Positions 50,183 through 59,874 of a stretch of 64,000 nt of DNA are shown here, piece by piece. Location of the stretch: NCBI GenBank assembly GCA_003485765.1, contig DNHS01000051.1:2314-66313 (forward strand), in the 5' to 3' direction. Position 1 is the first letter of the stretch. Each line of letters opens with the position of its first letter. The notes under the pieces were generated by a model, which saw only the letters and a program-made list of their open reading frames with translations, was not told the origin of the DNA and ran no database searches. Source of the stretch: Candidatus Omnitrophota bacterium (GTDB lineage: Bacteria > Omnitrophota > Gorgyraeia > Gorgyraeales > Gorgyraeaceae). Both the position numbers and the translations under genes were made by a program.

Positions 50183-53068
50183 TTACCAGCGCAGCGGCTT
50201 CTGCCACGCTTCTTTTAATTTATCCAAGCTTGTATCCACTATTTTCTTGCCGCTAAGCCCATAAATCTTTAAATCTTTTTTGCCCGAAACTTGGCCTATT
50301 AATCCAATGGAAATACCTTTCATTAAATTCTCAAATTTATTTTTATCTTGTTTTTTAACTTCAGCAATAAATCTTGTATTTGATTCTGAAAATAATATTA
50401 TGCTGTCTCTTTTCGCTTTTGAACTTTTAGCTTCATAAGGCGCTTCTTTAAGCTCTGCCTCTATGCCAAATCCTCCGCTGAAAGCCATCTCAGCCAATGC
50501 GCAAGCTATGCCGCCCTCTGATAAGTCATGGCAAGCCCTTAATAACCCTAGCCTGGTTGCCTCGCTTATTCTATTAAAAATCTTTAGGCCTTTTTTAGCA
50601 TCCACTGTAGGCGCATTATTGCCCACGCAATTATTTATAAGATTATAATGAGAGCCTCCCATTTCATCCTTTGTCTCGCCTATAATGTATAAAAGATTAC
50701 CTTTTTCTTTCAGATCCATTGTAATAGCCTTTGTTACATCATCCATTACTGATATTGCTGAAATTAAAAGCGTACATGGTATCGCAATAGATTCGCCGTG
50801 CACAGAATATTCATTATTAAGGCTGTCCTTGCCGGAAATAAATGGGACGCCGTATGTCTTTGCAATATCATAACAGCCGAAACTCGCCCTTACTAAACTC
50901 CCAAGCCTGTCAGGCTTATCAGTATTGCCCCAGCAAAAATTATCTAAAAGCGCGGTCCTATTTAAAGACCCGCCCACTGCTATCACCTGGCGAAGCGCTT
51001 CATCTATCGAGGAAGCAGCCATCCAGTATGGGTCTATAAATCCGAACCTGGGATTTATCCCGTTTGAGATTATAATACCTTTCTTAGAATTAAACTTTGG
51101 CCTTATGATACTGGCGTCTCCCGGCCCGTCATTTTCTATGCCCACCAAAGGTTTCAAAACACTTTGGCCCTGCACCTCATGGTCATACTGCCTTATGACC
51201 CATTCCTTGCTGCAGACATTCCAGCTTGAAAGAATCTTTAATAAATCCTGAGTGAAATCTTTTTTGTCTTTTGCATCACATTCTCTGTGGCTAGGCTTTG
51301 ACCACACTGCTTTTCGTTCAAACCTCGGAATTCCACCATGCAAAAATTCCATATCCATGTCGCATACCACATTCCCGTTATATCTTAATTTAAGCCTTTT
51401 ATTTGAAGTAAAACATCCTATCACAACTGCTTCGACATCCTCTTTCTTGAAAATATCCATCAATTCTTTCAAATTTTCCCTGGGAACAGAAAGAACCATT
51501 CTTTCCTGAGCTTCTGATATCCATATCTCTGTATAACTTAGGCCCTGATATTTTAAAGGCGCTTTTTCCAAATCAACTTCTGCGCCAAGGTCCTCGCCCA
51601 TCTCTCCTACAGCGCTTGAAAAACCTCCTGCCCCGCAGTCAGTTACAGCTGTGTATAAATTTTTGTCGCGGCCTTTTAGAAGAGTATCTGTAAGCTTTTT
51701 TTCCGTAATCGGGTTTCCTATCTGAACTGCGCCGCCTGATACAGTCTCAGACTCATGAGTAAGCTCTCCTGAAGAAAATGTAGCGCCGTGAATCCCATCC
51801 CTTCCTGTGCGGCCGCCTACAGCCACAATCAAATCTCCGCATTTCGCGGCTTTAAATGATTTATCCTTGGGCATTATGCCCACTGTGCCGCAATACACTA
51901 AAGGGTTTCCGATATAACGTTCGTCAAAAAGCACAGCGCCATTTGCAGTAGGTATGCCCATGCGGTTGCCATAATCTCTTACTCCGCTTACAACGCCTTT
52001 CATTATGCGCTTTGGATGCAGCATGCCCTTAGGCACATTTTTATGCGGCGTATCAGGCAGGCCGAAACAAAATACATCTGTGTTCATAATAGGCTTTGCG
52101 CCTAATCCTACTCCCAATATATCCCTTATAACGCCTCCTATGCCTGTCCCGGCTCCTCCGTAAGGTTCAAGCGCAGAAGGATGGTTATGCGTTTCCACCT
52201 TAAAACAGATATTGTCGTCCTCGTCAAATCTAATAACCCCTGCATTATCCTTAAACACTGACACACACCATGGTTTTTTCAGTTCACTCGTAACTTTCAT
52301 TATTGTGTTTTTAAGCAGGTTGTCGATTATCTTTCTCTTCCCATCTTCCTCATATTCTATAACTCCGCGGAATGTCTTATGGCCGCAATGTTCTGACCAT
52401 GTCTGGGCAATTGTTTCAAGCTCGCAATCAGTAGGATTCCTGCCTAATTTTTTAAAATGGTTTTTTATCTGGGTCATTTCCTTTAGATTTAAAAACAACT
52501 GGCCGTCCTTGCTAATCTTTGTCAATCTCTTGTCATCTGCGCCAAGCAGGTTTACTGTTACCAATTTAAATTTATACCCATTACTACGCTCTATGCGCTT
52601 TGCGCTATGCTCTTTTACCACATGCTGTATAACTTTATTATAGAGCAGCTTTTCGCATATATTCCTGAAATCATTTTCTGTGATCTTCCCTTCTATAAAA
52701 TATTTTTTTTCTGTCCTGAGAGATTTTACTCCATAAATCCCCATATCTTTTATTGCTTTTCTCGCGCTTTCTTCTACAGGATCCATCACGCCTGGATTAT
52801 ACGCAATCTCCACAACCCTTCCCTTTGCCCTCTGCCCCGCCAGGCCCTCTGCCCATAATAAGTATTCTTCAGTTATAGAGTCTACCAGCAATTCCCCGGC
52901 TATCCTCTTAATATCAGATTCAGTGATGTCTCCGGAAATAATAAAGACCTGGCTAACATTAACTTTCTTCACGCCGCTAATGCCCAGATCTGATATATCT
53001 TTTTTAACCCCGTTTCCTAAAGGGTCAAAAACACCTTTTCTATTCTTTATCTCTATCTTCCATTCCAT
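50183..53068 (-). CDS. purL: FGAM synthase PurL with N-terminal tandem PurS-like domains
   Basis: GVFDP and GVMDP PurS-like repeats, QTWSEHC, ETHNHPS. Confidence 0.95.
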   Translation of the reverse strand: MEWKIEIKNRKGVFDPLGNGVKKDISDLGISGVKKVNVSQVFIISGDITESDIKRIAGELLVDSITEEYLLWAEGLAGQRAKGRVVEIAYNPGVMDPVEESARKAIKDMGIYGVKSLRTEKKYFIEGKITENDFRNICEKLLYNKVIQHVVKEHSAKRIERSNGYKFKLVTVNLLGADDKRLTKISKDGQLFLNLKEMTQIKNHFKKLGRNPTDCELETIAQTWSEHCGHKTFRGVIEYEEDGKRKIIDNLLKNTIMKVTSELKKPWCVSVFKDNAGVIRFDEDDNICFKVETHNHPSALEPYGGAGTGIGGVIRDILGVGLGAKPIMNTDVFCFGLPDTPHKNVPKGMLHPKRIMKGVVSGVRDYGNRMGIPTANGAVLFDERYIGNPLVYCGTVGIMPKDKSFKAAKCGDLIVAVGGRTGRDGIHGATFSSGELTHESETVSGGAVQIGNPITEKKLTDTLLKGRDKNLYTAVTDCGAGGFSSAVGEMGEDLGAEVDLEKAPLKYQGLSYTEIWISEAQERMVLSVPRENLKELMDIFKKEDVEAVVIGCFTSNKRLKLRYNGNVVCDMDMEFLHGGIPRFERKAVWSKPSHRECDAKDKKDFTQDLLKILSSWNVCSKEWVIRQYDHEVQGQSVLKPLVGIENDGPGDASIIRPKFNSKKGIIISNGINPRFGFIDPYWMAASSIDEALRQVIAVGGSLNRTALLDNFCWGNTDKPDRLGSLVRASFGCYDIAKTYGVPFISGKDSLNNEYSVHGESIAIPCTLLISAISVMDDVTKAITMDLKEKGNLLYIIGETKDEMGGSHYNLINNCVGNNAPTVDAKKGLKIFNRISEATRLGLLRACHDLSEGGIACALAEMAFSGGFGIEAELKEAPYEAKSSKAKRDSIILFSESNTRFIAEVKKQDKNKFENLMKGISIGLIGQVSGKKDLKIYGLSGKKIVDTSLDKLKEAWQKPLRW

Positions 53069-53081
53069 GCTATTCATCCTC

Positions 53082-53122
53082 AACAACTTGACATTTTAAC
53101 AATGTTAGAGTGTCAAGTTGTT
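53082..53122. repeat. 41-bp palindrome family, copy C
   Basis: AACAACTTGACATTTTAACAATGTTAGAGTGTCAAGTTGTT, between purC and purL. Confidence 0.88.
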
Positions 53123-53135
53123 TGAAATCGCAAAA

Positions 53136-53840
53136 CTATGTCTTTATTCTTTTAAGAACTTCCTGGTAGGCTTCCTCAATCTTTCCTAAATCCCGTCTGA
53201 AACGGTCCTTGTCCAGCTTCTCATTTGTAACCTTATCCCACAACCTGCATGTATCTGGGGAGATTTCGTCTCCGAGCAATATTTTTCCTTTATGCCTGCC
53301 GAATTCCAGCTTGAAATCAACTAGTTTCAAACTGACCTTGTCAAAAAAATCCTTCATGATCTGGTTCACGCTGAACGAATAATCCTTTATCTTCTTCATT
53401 TCCTGAGGAGTTGCAAGTTTAAGGATATCTATGTGATAATCGTTTATCAACGGGTCATGAAGGCTGTCATCTTTATAATGATATTCCAGGACAGGCGTTT
53501 TCAAAACAATGCCTTCTTCTATCCCGAGCATTTTTGACAGCCCGCCCGCTGATATATTTCTTATAGTTACTTCTACCATGATTATCTTTAATCTCTTAAC
53601 AAGCATATCCCTGTCGCTTAATTTTTTTACAAAATGCGTCGGGATGCCTTTTGATTCCAGAAGTTGAAAAATAGCCGAAGATATCTCGTTATTTATAACC
53701 CCTTTCCCCTTTATAGTGCCTCTCTTTGTGGCGTCAAAAGCAGTTGCATCGTCTTTAAACTCCTGTATCACTAAATCAGGGTTATCTGTATCGTATAAAA
53801 TCTTTGCTTTTCCCTCGTATATCTTATTCCCTTTTTCCAT
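53136..53840 (-). CDS. purC: SAICAR synthetase
   Basis: [27 protein letters not shown]. Confidence 0.97.
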   Translation of the reverse strand: MEKGNKIYEGKAKILYDTDNPDLVIQEFKDDATAFDATKRGTIKGKGVINNEISSAIFQLLESKGIPTHFVKKLSDRDMLVKRLKIIMVEVTIRNISAGGLSKMLGIEEGIVLKTPVLEYHYKDDSLHDPLINDYHIDILKLATPQEMKKIKDYSFSVNQIMKDFFDKVSLKLVDFKLEFGRHKGKILLGDEISPDTCRLWDKVTNEKLDKDRFRRDLGKIEEAYQEVLKRIKT

Positions 53841-53861
53841 AACCTTCCTTCCCTCTCTAAA

Positions 53862-53902
53862 TATAAGTTGACACTGTAACAATGTCAGAGTGTCAACTTA
53901 TT
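53862..53902. repeat. 41-bp palindrome family, copy D
   Basis: TATAAGTTGACACTGTAACAATGTCAGAGTGTCAACTTATT, between purB and purC. Confidence 0.8.
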
Positions 53903-55194
53903 TAGATGCCGACTTTTTTGAAAATAGTATTTACGTGTTTTGTATAATATGCAACTTCAAAGAAACTACTCATTTCCTTGGGTTTCACAAATTTCATAAA
54001 ATCGCTGTCATCCCGTAACGCATCTTTGAAATTAATATCTTTTTCCCAGACTTTCATGGCGCATCTTTGAATAATATTATACGCCTTTCTGCGCTCAAGG
54101 CCTTTTTTCTCAAGCTCTACCAGAATCCTTGCAGAAAATACAAGGCCTTTTGTTTTACTGAGATTATTCACCATGTTTTCTGGATACACTAAAAGCCCTC
54201 TTATAATCTCTATCATCTGGTTCAACATATAGTCCAGTAATATTGCGCTGTCAGGAATAATAATGCGCTCTGCTGAAGAATGGCTTATATCTCTTTCGTG
54301 CCACAGCGCAACATTTTCCATGGAGACAATTGCATTCGCCCGTAAAACCCTTGCAAGGCCTGTAATCCTTTCGCACATAACAGGATTTCTCTTGTGAGGC
54401 ATTGCGCTGGAACCTTTCTGGCCTTTTCCAAAAGGCTCTTCAACCTCTCTAACCTCTGTCTTCTGGAGATTTCTGAATTCCGTCGCTATTTTTTCAAGAG
54501 TAGCGCCCACAATAGCTATTTCTGACAAATATTCCGCATGCCTGTCTCTCTGGAGAATCTGCGTAGATATATTAGCAGGCTTAAGCCCTAATTTTTTGCA
54601 TACATAATTCTCAACATAAGGCTCTATATTTGAATATGTGCCTACAGGCCCGGAAATTTTGCCTACGGATATAATTTCCCTGGCTCTTTCAATCCTAACA
54701 ATGCTTCTATTTATCTCATCAAAAAATAACGCTAATTTTAGGCCAAATGTAGTTGGTTCAGCGTGCACGCCATGGCTTCTTCCGACCATAATAGTATAGG
54801 CGTATTTTTTAGCCTTTTTTCTCAGTTCTTCTTTTAATATCTTCAGGTCTTCCAGAATAATATCGGCTGATTCCTTCATCATTATAGATAAACCTGTATC
54901 CAAGACATCGCTTGAAGTAAGGCCCTGATGCACAAACCTTGAAGAATCTCCTATATATTCAGCTATATTGTGAAGAAACGCTATTACGTCATGGCGGGTT
55001 GTTTTTTCTATTTTTTCTATGCGTTTTACATCAAATTTTGCTTTGGATTTTATTTTTCTAAGCTCTTTTTTCGGTATTTTGCCTAGACTAGTTAGGGCTT
55101 CGCAGGCTAGAATTTCAACATCCAGCATCTTCTGGAATTTATTCTCATCAGACCATATAGCAGACATCTTAGGAAGCGAATATCTTGGTATCAT
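53902..55194 (-). CDS. purB: Adenylosuccinate lyase
   Basis: MIPRY start, GSSAMPHKRNP. Confidence 0.97.
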   Translation of the reverse strand: MIPRYSLPKMSAIWSDENKFQKMLDVEILACEALTSLGKIPKKELRKIKSKAKFDVKRIEKIEKTTRHDVIAFLHNIAEYIGDSSRFVHQGLTSSDVLDTGLSIMMKESADIILEDLKILKEELRKKAKKYAYTIMVGRSHGVHAEPTTFGLKLALFFDEINRSIVRIERAREIISVGKISGPVGTYSNIEPYVENYVCKKLGLKPANISTQILQRDRHAEYLSEIAIVGATLEKIATEFRNLQKTEVREVEEPFGKGQKGSSAMPHKRNPVMCERITGLARVLRANAIVSMENVALWHERDISHSSAERIIIPDSAILLDYMLNQMIEIIRGLLVYPENMVNNLSKTKGLVFSARILVELEKKGLERRKAYNIIQRCAMKVWEKDINFKDALRDDSDFMKFVKPKEMSSFFEVAYYTKHVNTIFKKVGI

Positions 55195-55235
55195 AAGGAC
55201 TATAATATACCATATATAGATTATATGCGTCAATT

Positions 55236-55267
55236 AAAAAACCCTCTCCCTTTTTAAGAGAGAGGGT
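55236..55267 (-). terminator. Rho-independent terminator
   Basis: ACCCTCTC...GAGAGGGT stem plus T-run on the minus strand. Confidence 0.7.
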
Positions 55268-55286
55268 AGGGTAAGGGTACTCTTCC

Positions 55287-56003
55287 CTATTTTTTCTTAG
55301 AAGAATAAAGTATAAGGACTAGTATAAAAACAGCTATCAAGAGAAGCAGTAGAGTAATACTTTGCATAAAGCGCATTGACAAGCGGCCTGATTTTTCTTT
55401 TATTATCACAGAGCCATCTAAATCAGAAACAGGGGAACCATTTTTTAATCTGAGATTACCCAGCGTATCCACCCATAAATAATATACTCTACCTTGGATA
55501 TCAGCCAGCACAATCTTGCTCGGCCCGGTTGTATCACCTTTTAAGATCAGGTCTTTTCTAAGAGTGAGTGATCCTGACATTACAGAATCTATGTCATTTC
55601 TTAATAACTGGCTTGAGTTTATCATATCAATGGATTTTGCATTCAAAGCATAAACAGAACTTGCAAGTTTTATGCGAGGTGTCATCTCTCCATCACTCGC
55701 AACCTCCATGCCAAACCACAAATCTTTATTAAAATCTATTTCCAGAGGTTTCACAGAACCCATGAGCACATTGAACAGGCCATTTTTAATATTAAGGATA
55801 TGCCCTTCTTCCCAGATAGACAGGCCGTCTTTTTCCATATCATAAAACCTGAATGTAACTAAAAAATTGCCTGTTAAGGGGTTGTCGTCTTTATCAGTAA
55901 GTCTCCCTTGATAGTTTATGACACGCGGAATAGCAGCATAGGTAAGAGCAGTTAAACATAAGATTCCGATTAGAATAAAGAGTGTTATGCGAAATTTTCT
56001 CAT
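55287..56003 (-). CDS. Exported, C-terminally membrane-anchored hypothetical protein
   Basis: Signal peptide, PRVINYQGRLTD...GLFNVLMG...PYA-like (SVYALNA) domain, C-terminal TM plus KKK; AAGGAGG RBS. Confidence 0.8.
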   Translation of the reverse strand: MRKFRITLFILIGILCLTALTYAAIPRVINYQGRLTDKDDNPLTGNFLVTFRFYDMEKDGLSIWEEGHILNIKNGLFNVLMGSVKPLEIDFNKDLWFGMEVASDGEMTPRIKLASSVYALNAKSIDMINSSQLLRNDIDSVMSGSLTLRKDLILKGDTTGPSKIVLADIQGRVYYLWVDTLGNLRLKNGSPVSDLDGSVIIKEKSGRLSMRFMQSITLLLLLIAVFILVLILYSSKKK

Positions 56004-56023
56004 TTACTGCCTCCTTTTTCAAG

Positions 56024-56045
56024 TGGTGCCGAGGAGAAGAGTCAA
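56024..56045 (-). other. att site: isolated tRNA 3'-end copy (tRNA-Leu-like)
   Basis: TTGACTCTTCTCCTCGGCACCA corresponds to a T-arm half, acceptor strand and ACCA, with no 5' tRNA half; about 80 bp from the integrase stop. Confidence 0.75.
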
Positions 56046-56127
56046 TCTCTTCTCTCATATAAGTCATTATGTTATCATCGGTTTTAAACATTGTCAAGCC
56101 CCTCTTGGGACTTTAAGGGTACGATAA

Positions 56128-57240
56128 TTATTTGCCGTCTTTAATTTCCAAGGAAAATTTATCTTTGAATATCTTCTCCATGTAACTTTCTGATAGATGC
56201 TTATACTTTTCCATGGTCTTAGGATTCCTCCAGCCCCCTATCTTCTGTATCACATCTAAAGGAACCCCGAGTTGGCTACTTTGAGAAGCCCAGGTATGTC
56301 TTGTCTTATGTTGCATCTTCACGGGAACGCCTACAGACTCGCATATCTTCCTGAATTCTCTCCTGATGGAGTCCTGAGCAAGATAGTTACCAACTGAGTT
56401 AGTAAAGACCCACCTATCGTGTCCATGATGTAAGGCTTGTAATATACACATTAGCTCAGGTGCGATAGGAACATCTCTAATTTCCTTGTTCTTAACCCTG
56501 AAATAAAGGGTAGGGCTGACCTGCTTTGGTCTTATATAGATCCTGCCTCTGCTGAAATCTATATCATCCCATGTTAAAAATCTCAGCTCATTTCTTCTTA
56601 GTCCAGCATAGAATAAGGTAGCGAGAATAGCATGCCAGTTTATTGATTCACTAAGAGTCTTGGCTTTTTCAAGAATTAATTTTATCTCCTCTAAGCTATA
56701 AAAGAACTCGTCTGCGTCAGGCTCAGCAAAAGGCTTTACCTTCTTTTTGACTGGATTTTTTAATAAGAGGTCTCTCTCATCTATTAAATATTTAAACAAA
56801 CTACTTAGAGTGTCCCTTTCAAAATTAACTGTCCTAGGATGCCTCCCTTTTTCATCCAATCTATAACGCATGAATTCTGCGATGTGGTTGGACTGGATTT
56901 CGTCCAGATACTGCAAAGAAGGATATCTATCCTTTAAGAATTTCTTAAAATTATCCATGACAATGCGATACCTTATATAACTAACGGGACTTCCTAATTG
57001 TTTCTTCTTTGCCTCTAAGTAGGCCTCTATGCCTTGTTTAATCGTAACTCTATAAGAAGAGCAATTAGACTTTTTGCTTTTAAGCTGTCTAACGTAGTCG
57101 CCGTAATTAATGATAGCCTCTTCCCTTGTTTCACCAAGTTTAAGCCAGGACCTTGAGTTATCAGGATTAGTTACTCTAATTGCTAAATATTTTCCACGGC
57201 GTTTAGTTGGGAATTTTGGTATTCTTAATCGCTTTCTCAT
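56128..57240 (-). CDS. Tyrosine recombinase/integrase
   Basis: YAGLRRNEL (R), HKTRHT (HxxR), IGGW, MEKY (Y). Confidence 0.93.
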   Translation of the reverse strand: MRKRLRIPKFPTKRRGKYLAIRVTNPDNSRSWLKLGETREEAIINYGDYVRQLKSKKSNCSSYRVTIKQGIEAYLEAKKKQLGSPVSYIRYRIVMDNFKKFLKDRYPSLQYLDEIQSNHIAEFMRYRLDEKGRHPRTVNFERDTLSSLFKYLIDERDLLLKNPVKKKVKPFAEPDADEFFYSLEEIKLILEKAKTLSESINWHAILATLFYAGLRRNELRFLTWDDIDFSRGRIYIRPKQVSPTLYFRVKNKEIRDVPIAPELMCILQALHHGHDRWVFTNSVGNYLAQDSIRREFRKICESVGVPVKMQHKTRHTWASQSSQLGVPLDVIQKIGGWRNPKTMEKYKHLSESYMEKIFKDKFSLEIKDGK

Positions 57241-57428
57241 AATAGTTTAGTGTTTACTGAATTTACTAGATGCTCTGTGTTCCAGGCATCGAGATCCTGT
57301 TCCCTGAACCGAAGCAAGCCCCTTATCTTAAGATGAGGGATAAATTTTTTTGCTGTCCATTGATAGAGAGTCCAAAGCTTTATGCTGTATTTCTCGCATA
57401 CCTGCTCTGGAGTTAAAAGGGTGCTCAT
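57237..57428 (-). CDS. Excisionase-like HTH (HTH_17/AlpA) protein
   Basis: LLTPEQV...TLYQW....IPHLKI.GLLRF...DLDAW; coupled to the integrase. Confidence 0.85.
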   Translation of the reverse strand: MSTLLTPEQVCEKYSIKLWTLYQWTAKKFIPHLKIRGLLRFREQDLDAWNTEHLVNSVNTKLL

Positions 57429-57649
57429 CGCTGTGCCCCTCCCTCTTCTAGAACATAGAACTCTTTGGGCTCCTTATTAAGCGCTATACCGAGCAAAACC
57501 AGAAAATGCCCGGATGGTGTAGATTTTCCGCTCTCCCACATTGACACCAACGGCCTGTCGACGTCAACTCTTGCAGCTAATTCTGCCATAGTGAGCCCTA
57601 ATTCTTTACGTCTAACTTTTAATCTTTCACCTTGCCATATTGCCTTCAT
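57425..57649 (-). CDS. XRE-family HTH regulator (Cro-like)
   Basis: RLKVRRKELGLTMAELA...VSMWESGKSTP. Confidence 0.88.
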   Translation of the reverse strand: MKAIWQGERLKVRRKELGLTMAELAARVDVDRPLVSMWESGKSTPSGHFLVLLGIALNKEPKEFYVLEEGGAQR

Positions 57650-57909
57650 GATTACGCCTCCTTAATGTTATAGAATCGAACGTCTTGTTTAAGCCATTTC
57701 CAAAACTCAGAAGCAAAAGCATACAGTCTTTTACCCCCTTAAATATTATGCTCAATTTTCGGATAGACCTTTAATCAAAATTCAAAAAATATTTCTAATT
57801 TAACCTATTTATTTACAATGTCTTATAAAAGCAGACAAAAAAATATTTTTCGAGCTAATAACTAAATATCGCTTTAACTGTTGCTAAAAGTGTGCTATTA
57901 TACTCACTT

Positions 57910-58374
57910 ATGGACAAGTGCTTACCTTGCCAAAAATGTCATAAACCAACTTCCTATATACGCCATGGGAAATTCGCTCTTAAAACTGGCAGACACGTGC
58001 AAAGAATTCGCTGTAAGAATTGTGGAAAGACATCCATTATTAGTTACTCGCCCTTTTTCTTTGACAGAATGCATACAGACCCAGAAAAATTTAACAAAGC
58101 TATGTCACTTTATAAAGAGGGTTACTCTATAAAAAGCATTGCCCTGCAACTTAAAATGCGACCAAATACGGTAATTGACTGGATTAAAAAAGTCAAACAG
58201 TATAAATACCTATATATAAGTTATCTAAAAAAATACCGTTCCTATAATTACCGTCAGGTTGCAGAATTCTTTAAAGATTTCAGCCGTCTTGCCAAAATAA
58301 AAAGAACAAAACAGCTTAAGCAATACAGGAAGAATCGGCCTGTGGAACCATCATCCTCCTTTGCACCCTCATAA
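57910..58374 (+). CDS. IS1 InsA-like Zn-ribbon/HTH protein
   Basis: CQKC...RHG......QRIRCKNCGK, then EGYSIKSIALQL..RPNTVIDW; no InsB/DDE partner seen. Confidence 0.65.
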   Translation: MDKCLPCQKCHKPTSYIRHGKFALKTGRHVQRIRCKNCGKTSIISYSPFFFDRMHTDPEKFNKAMSLYKEGYSIKSIALQLKMRPNTVIDWIKKVKQYKYLYISYLKKYRSYNYRQVAEFFKDFSRLAKIKRTKQLKQYRKNRPVEPSSSFAPS

Positions 58375-59140
58375 ATAATCGCTTGCTCACTATCGACTCG
58401 TGCTTACCTCGACTTTTTATTTCGCCGAAAGTAGCCTCGCCATAATAAATCGTATTCCTTAATATATACTTCACAGACTCAATTTGAAAAGGCTTGCCTC
58501 GTCTTGTCAACATCCCACTCTTATTAAGATTTTCAGCGATTTTGGAGTAACTTAGTCCTTTAGCAGCCCAGCGAAATATCTTCTCCACGAATTCTGATTC
58601 CTTGGGGTTAATCTCCAACAGATCTCCTGTCTTCGAATACCCGAACGGTAAAGCACCACAGGCTTTCTTCCCATTCTCGGCAGATTCGATTCGCCCTTCG
58701 CGCAGACGAAAAACAATAAGTTCCTTTTCAAGTTGACTGAAGACATGGGTTATATTACGAAAGGCAACCTGCAGAGGGTCATTGGTATCAAGCTCGGGGT
58801 CTAACACAGAGCTAAGTTCTATATCATATTTCCTGAGTTGTGTCTCAATCCAAATAGCTGTAGTAATTTCACGAGCCAATCGGTCATGCCTAAAAACTAC
58901 TACCCTCTTAATCTTGCCTGTCTCACAATCCTTTAATAAACTGAGCAAAGCCGGTCTGTCTCTAACGGCTCCACTAACGCCTTTCTCCTCATAGAATCTT
59001 GCTAATTCAAATCCTTTCTCATTACAAAATTCAGTTATTCTCTTCTTTTGAATTGCAAGCCCTGCACCGTTTTCCACCTGATTCATACTACTGACTCTTA
59101 CATATCCAATAACAATACCTTCGGAATGCATAACAATCAC
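58316..59140 (-). CDS. Serine recombinase (resolvase plus recombinase domain)
   Basis: GYVRVSS..Q, GVSGA..DRP, DRLAR, PFGY, ILRNTIYYG, HESIVS..LF..VQ. Confidence 0.92.
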   Translation of the reverse strand: MIVMHSEGIVIGYVRVSSMNQVENGAGLAIQKKRITEFCNEKGFELARFYEEKGVSGAVRDRPALLSLLKDCETGKIKRVVVFRHDRLAREITTAIWIETQLRKYDIELSSVLDPELDTNDPLQVAFRNITHVFSQLEKELIVFRLREGRIESAENGKKACGALPFGYSKTGDLLEINPKESEFVEKIFRWAAKGLSYSKIAENLNKSGMLTRRGKPFQIESVKYILRNTIYYGEATFGEIKSRGKHESIVSKRLFMRVQRRMMVPQADSSCIA

Positions 59141-59348
59141 CTCCTAAACTATATAGATAACCATCGAGATTTTTGCTTGTCAAGAAAAAATGTATAAAAG
59201 TTTTAATCTTTTATGGGGTTTTACCGACGGAGAACAACTCTGAAATGATAAGCAGGGATTTACTAATTACTTATATCGATAGGATTTAGGCTAAAAAGGT
59301 AAAAGTTTTTTAGAGAAAACTTGAGGACTATTTTAAAAAATAGGTTAG

Positions 59349-59858
59349 TTACTTGGGGTTATCATAATGCTCACGAACTTCGTGCGCCCATTTCACAATA
59401 ACCTCATTCAATGCTTTCTTATTCTGCCTCGATAACTTACCCAGGGGCATTCGATGAATAAATAAGTCAGTAATACCTTTCTCAAAAATACCTCCTGAAA
59501 CATTATCTTCACAAAATACCAGAAGAGGCAATCTCAGAGCAAATAGTATACCAGCTTCTATTTGATTCCAAGGCGTAGGGAATGCTATAAGCTTATTCTG
59601 CTTCGATTGCGAACGTGTTCCCTTCTTCCACGTGCCTGTTTTGGTTTCAAATTGTGAAAAACCGAGAATAAGTCCTCCGGAACAGTGTTTGGCGAGAACG
59701 TGAACTTCATGTAAAGGACACTTAGTAGGATAGTCTGTTTGGCCTAAAGACCTCCATTCTAATTCTAAACGGTCTAATTGGCGAAAAATCATTTTCTTCG
59801 CTTCAAACTGGCGACTATTAATAAGCGTCGGACAAGAACCAAAAATAGGAATTCGCAT
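59349..59858 (-). CDS. TIR-like / nucleoside-deoxyribosyltransferase-like fold protein
   Basis: IPIFGS.P start; PTPWNQIEAGILFALRLPLLVF resembles the TIR/NDT WxxxE motif. Confidence 0.55.
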   Translation of the reverse strand: MRIPIFGSCPTLINSRQFEAKKMIFRQLDRLELEWRSLGQTDYPTKCPLHEVHVLAKHCSGGLILGFSQFETKTGTWKKGTRSQSKQNKLIAFPTPWNQIEAGILFALRLPLLVFCEDNVSGGIFEKGITDLFIHRMPLGKLSRQNKKALNEVIVKWAHEVREHYDNPK

Positions 59859-59874
59859 AGGTTACCCCGCTACT

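Noticed and set aside
50183-53068. Long PurL with duplicated N-terminal domains as a novelty
   Set aside because: PurS-PurS-PurL fusions are an established architecture.
14844-53902. 41-bp palindromes or 60-bp repeats as a CRISPR array
   Set aside because: Copies are dispersed over kilobases with no regular spacers, and there are no cas genes.
47110-53902. Palindromes as PurR-type operators or purine riboswitches
   Set aside because: They lie at gene 3' ends within the operon and also occur next to ispA and fadD; no riboswitch consensus recognised.
55990-56100. Complete tRNA next to the integrase
   Set aside because: Only the 3' 22 nt or so are tRNA-like, with no D-arm or anticodon arm; treated as an att site.
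57892-58374. Intact IS1 element
   Set aside because: No InsB/DDE frame or terminal inverted repeats found.
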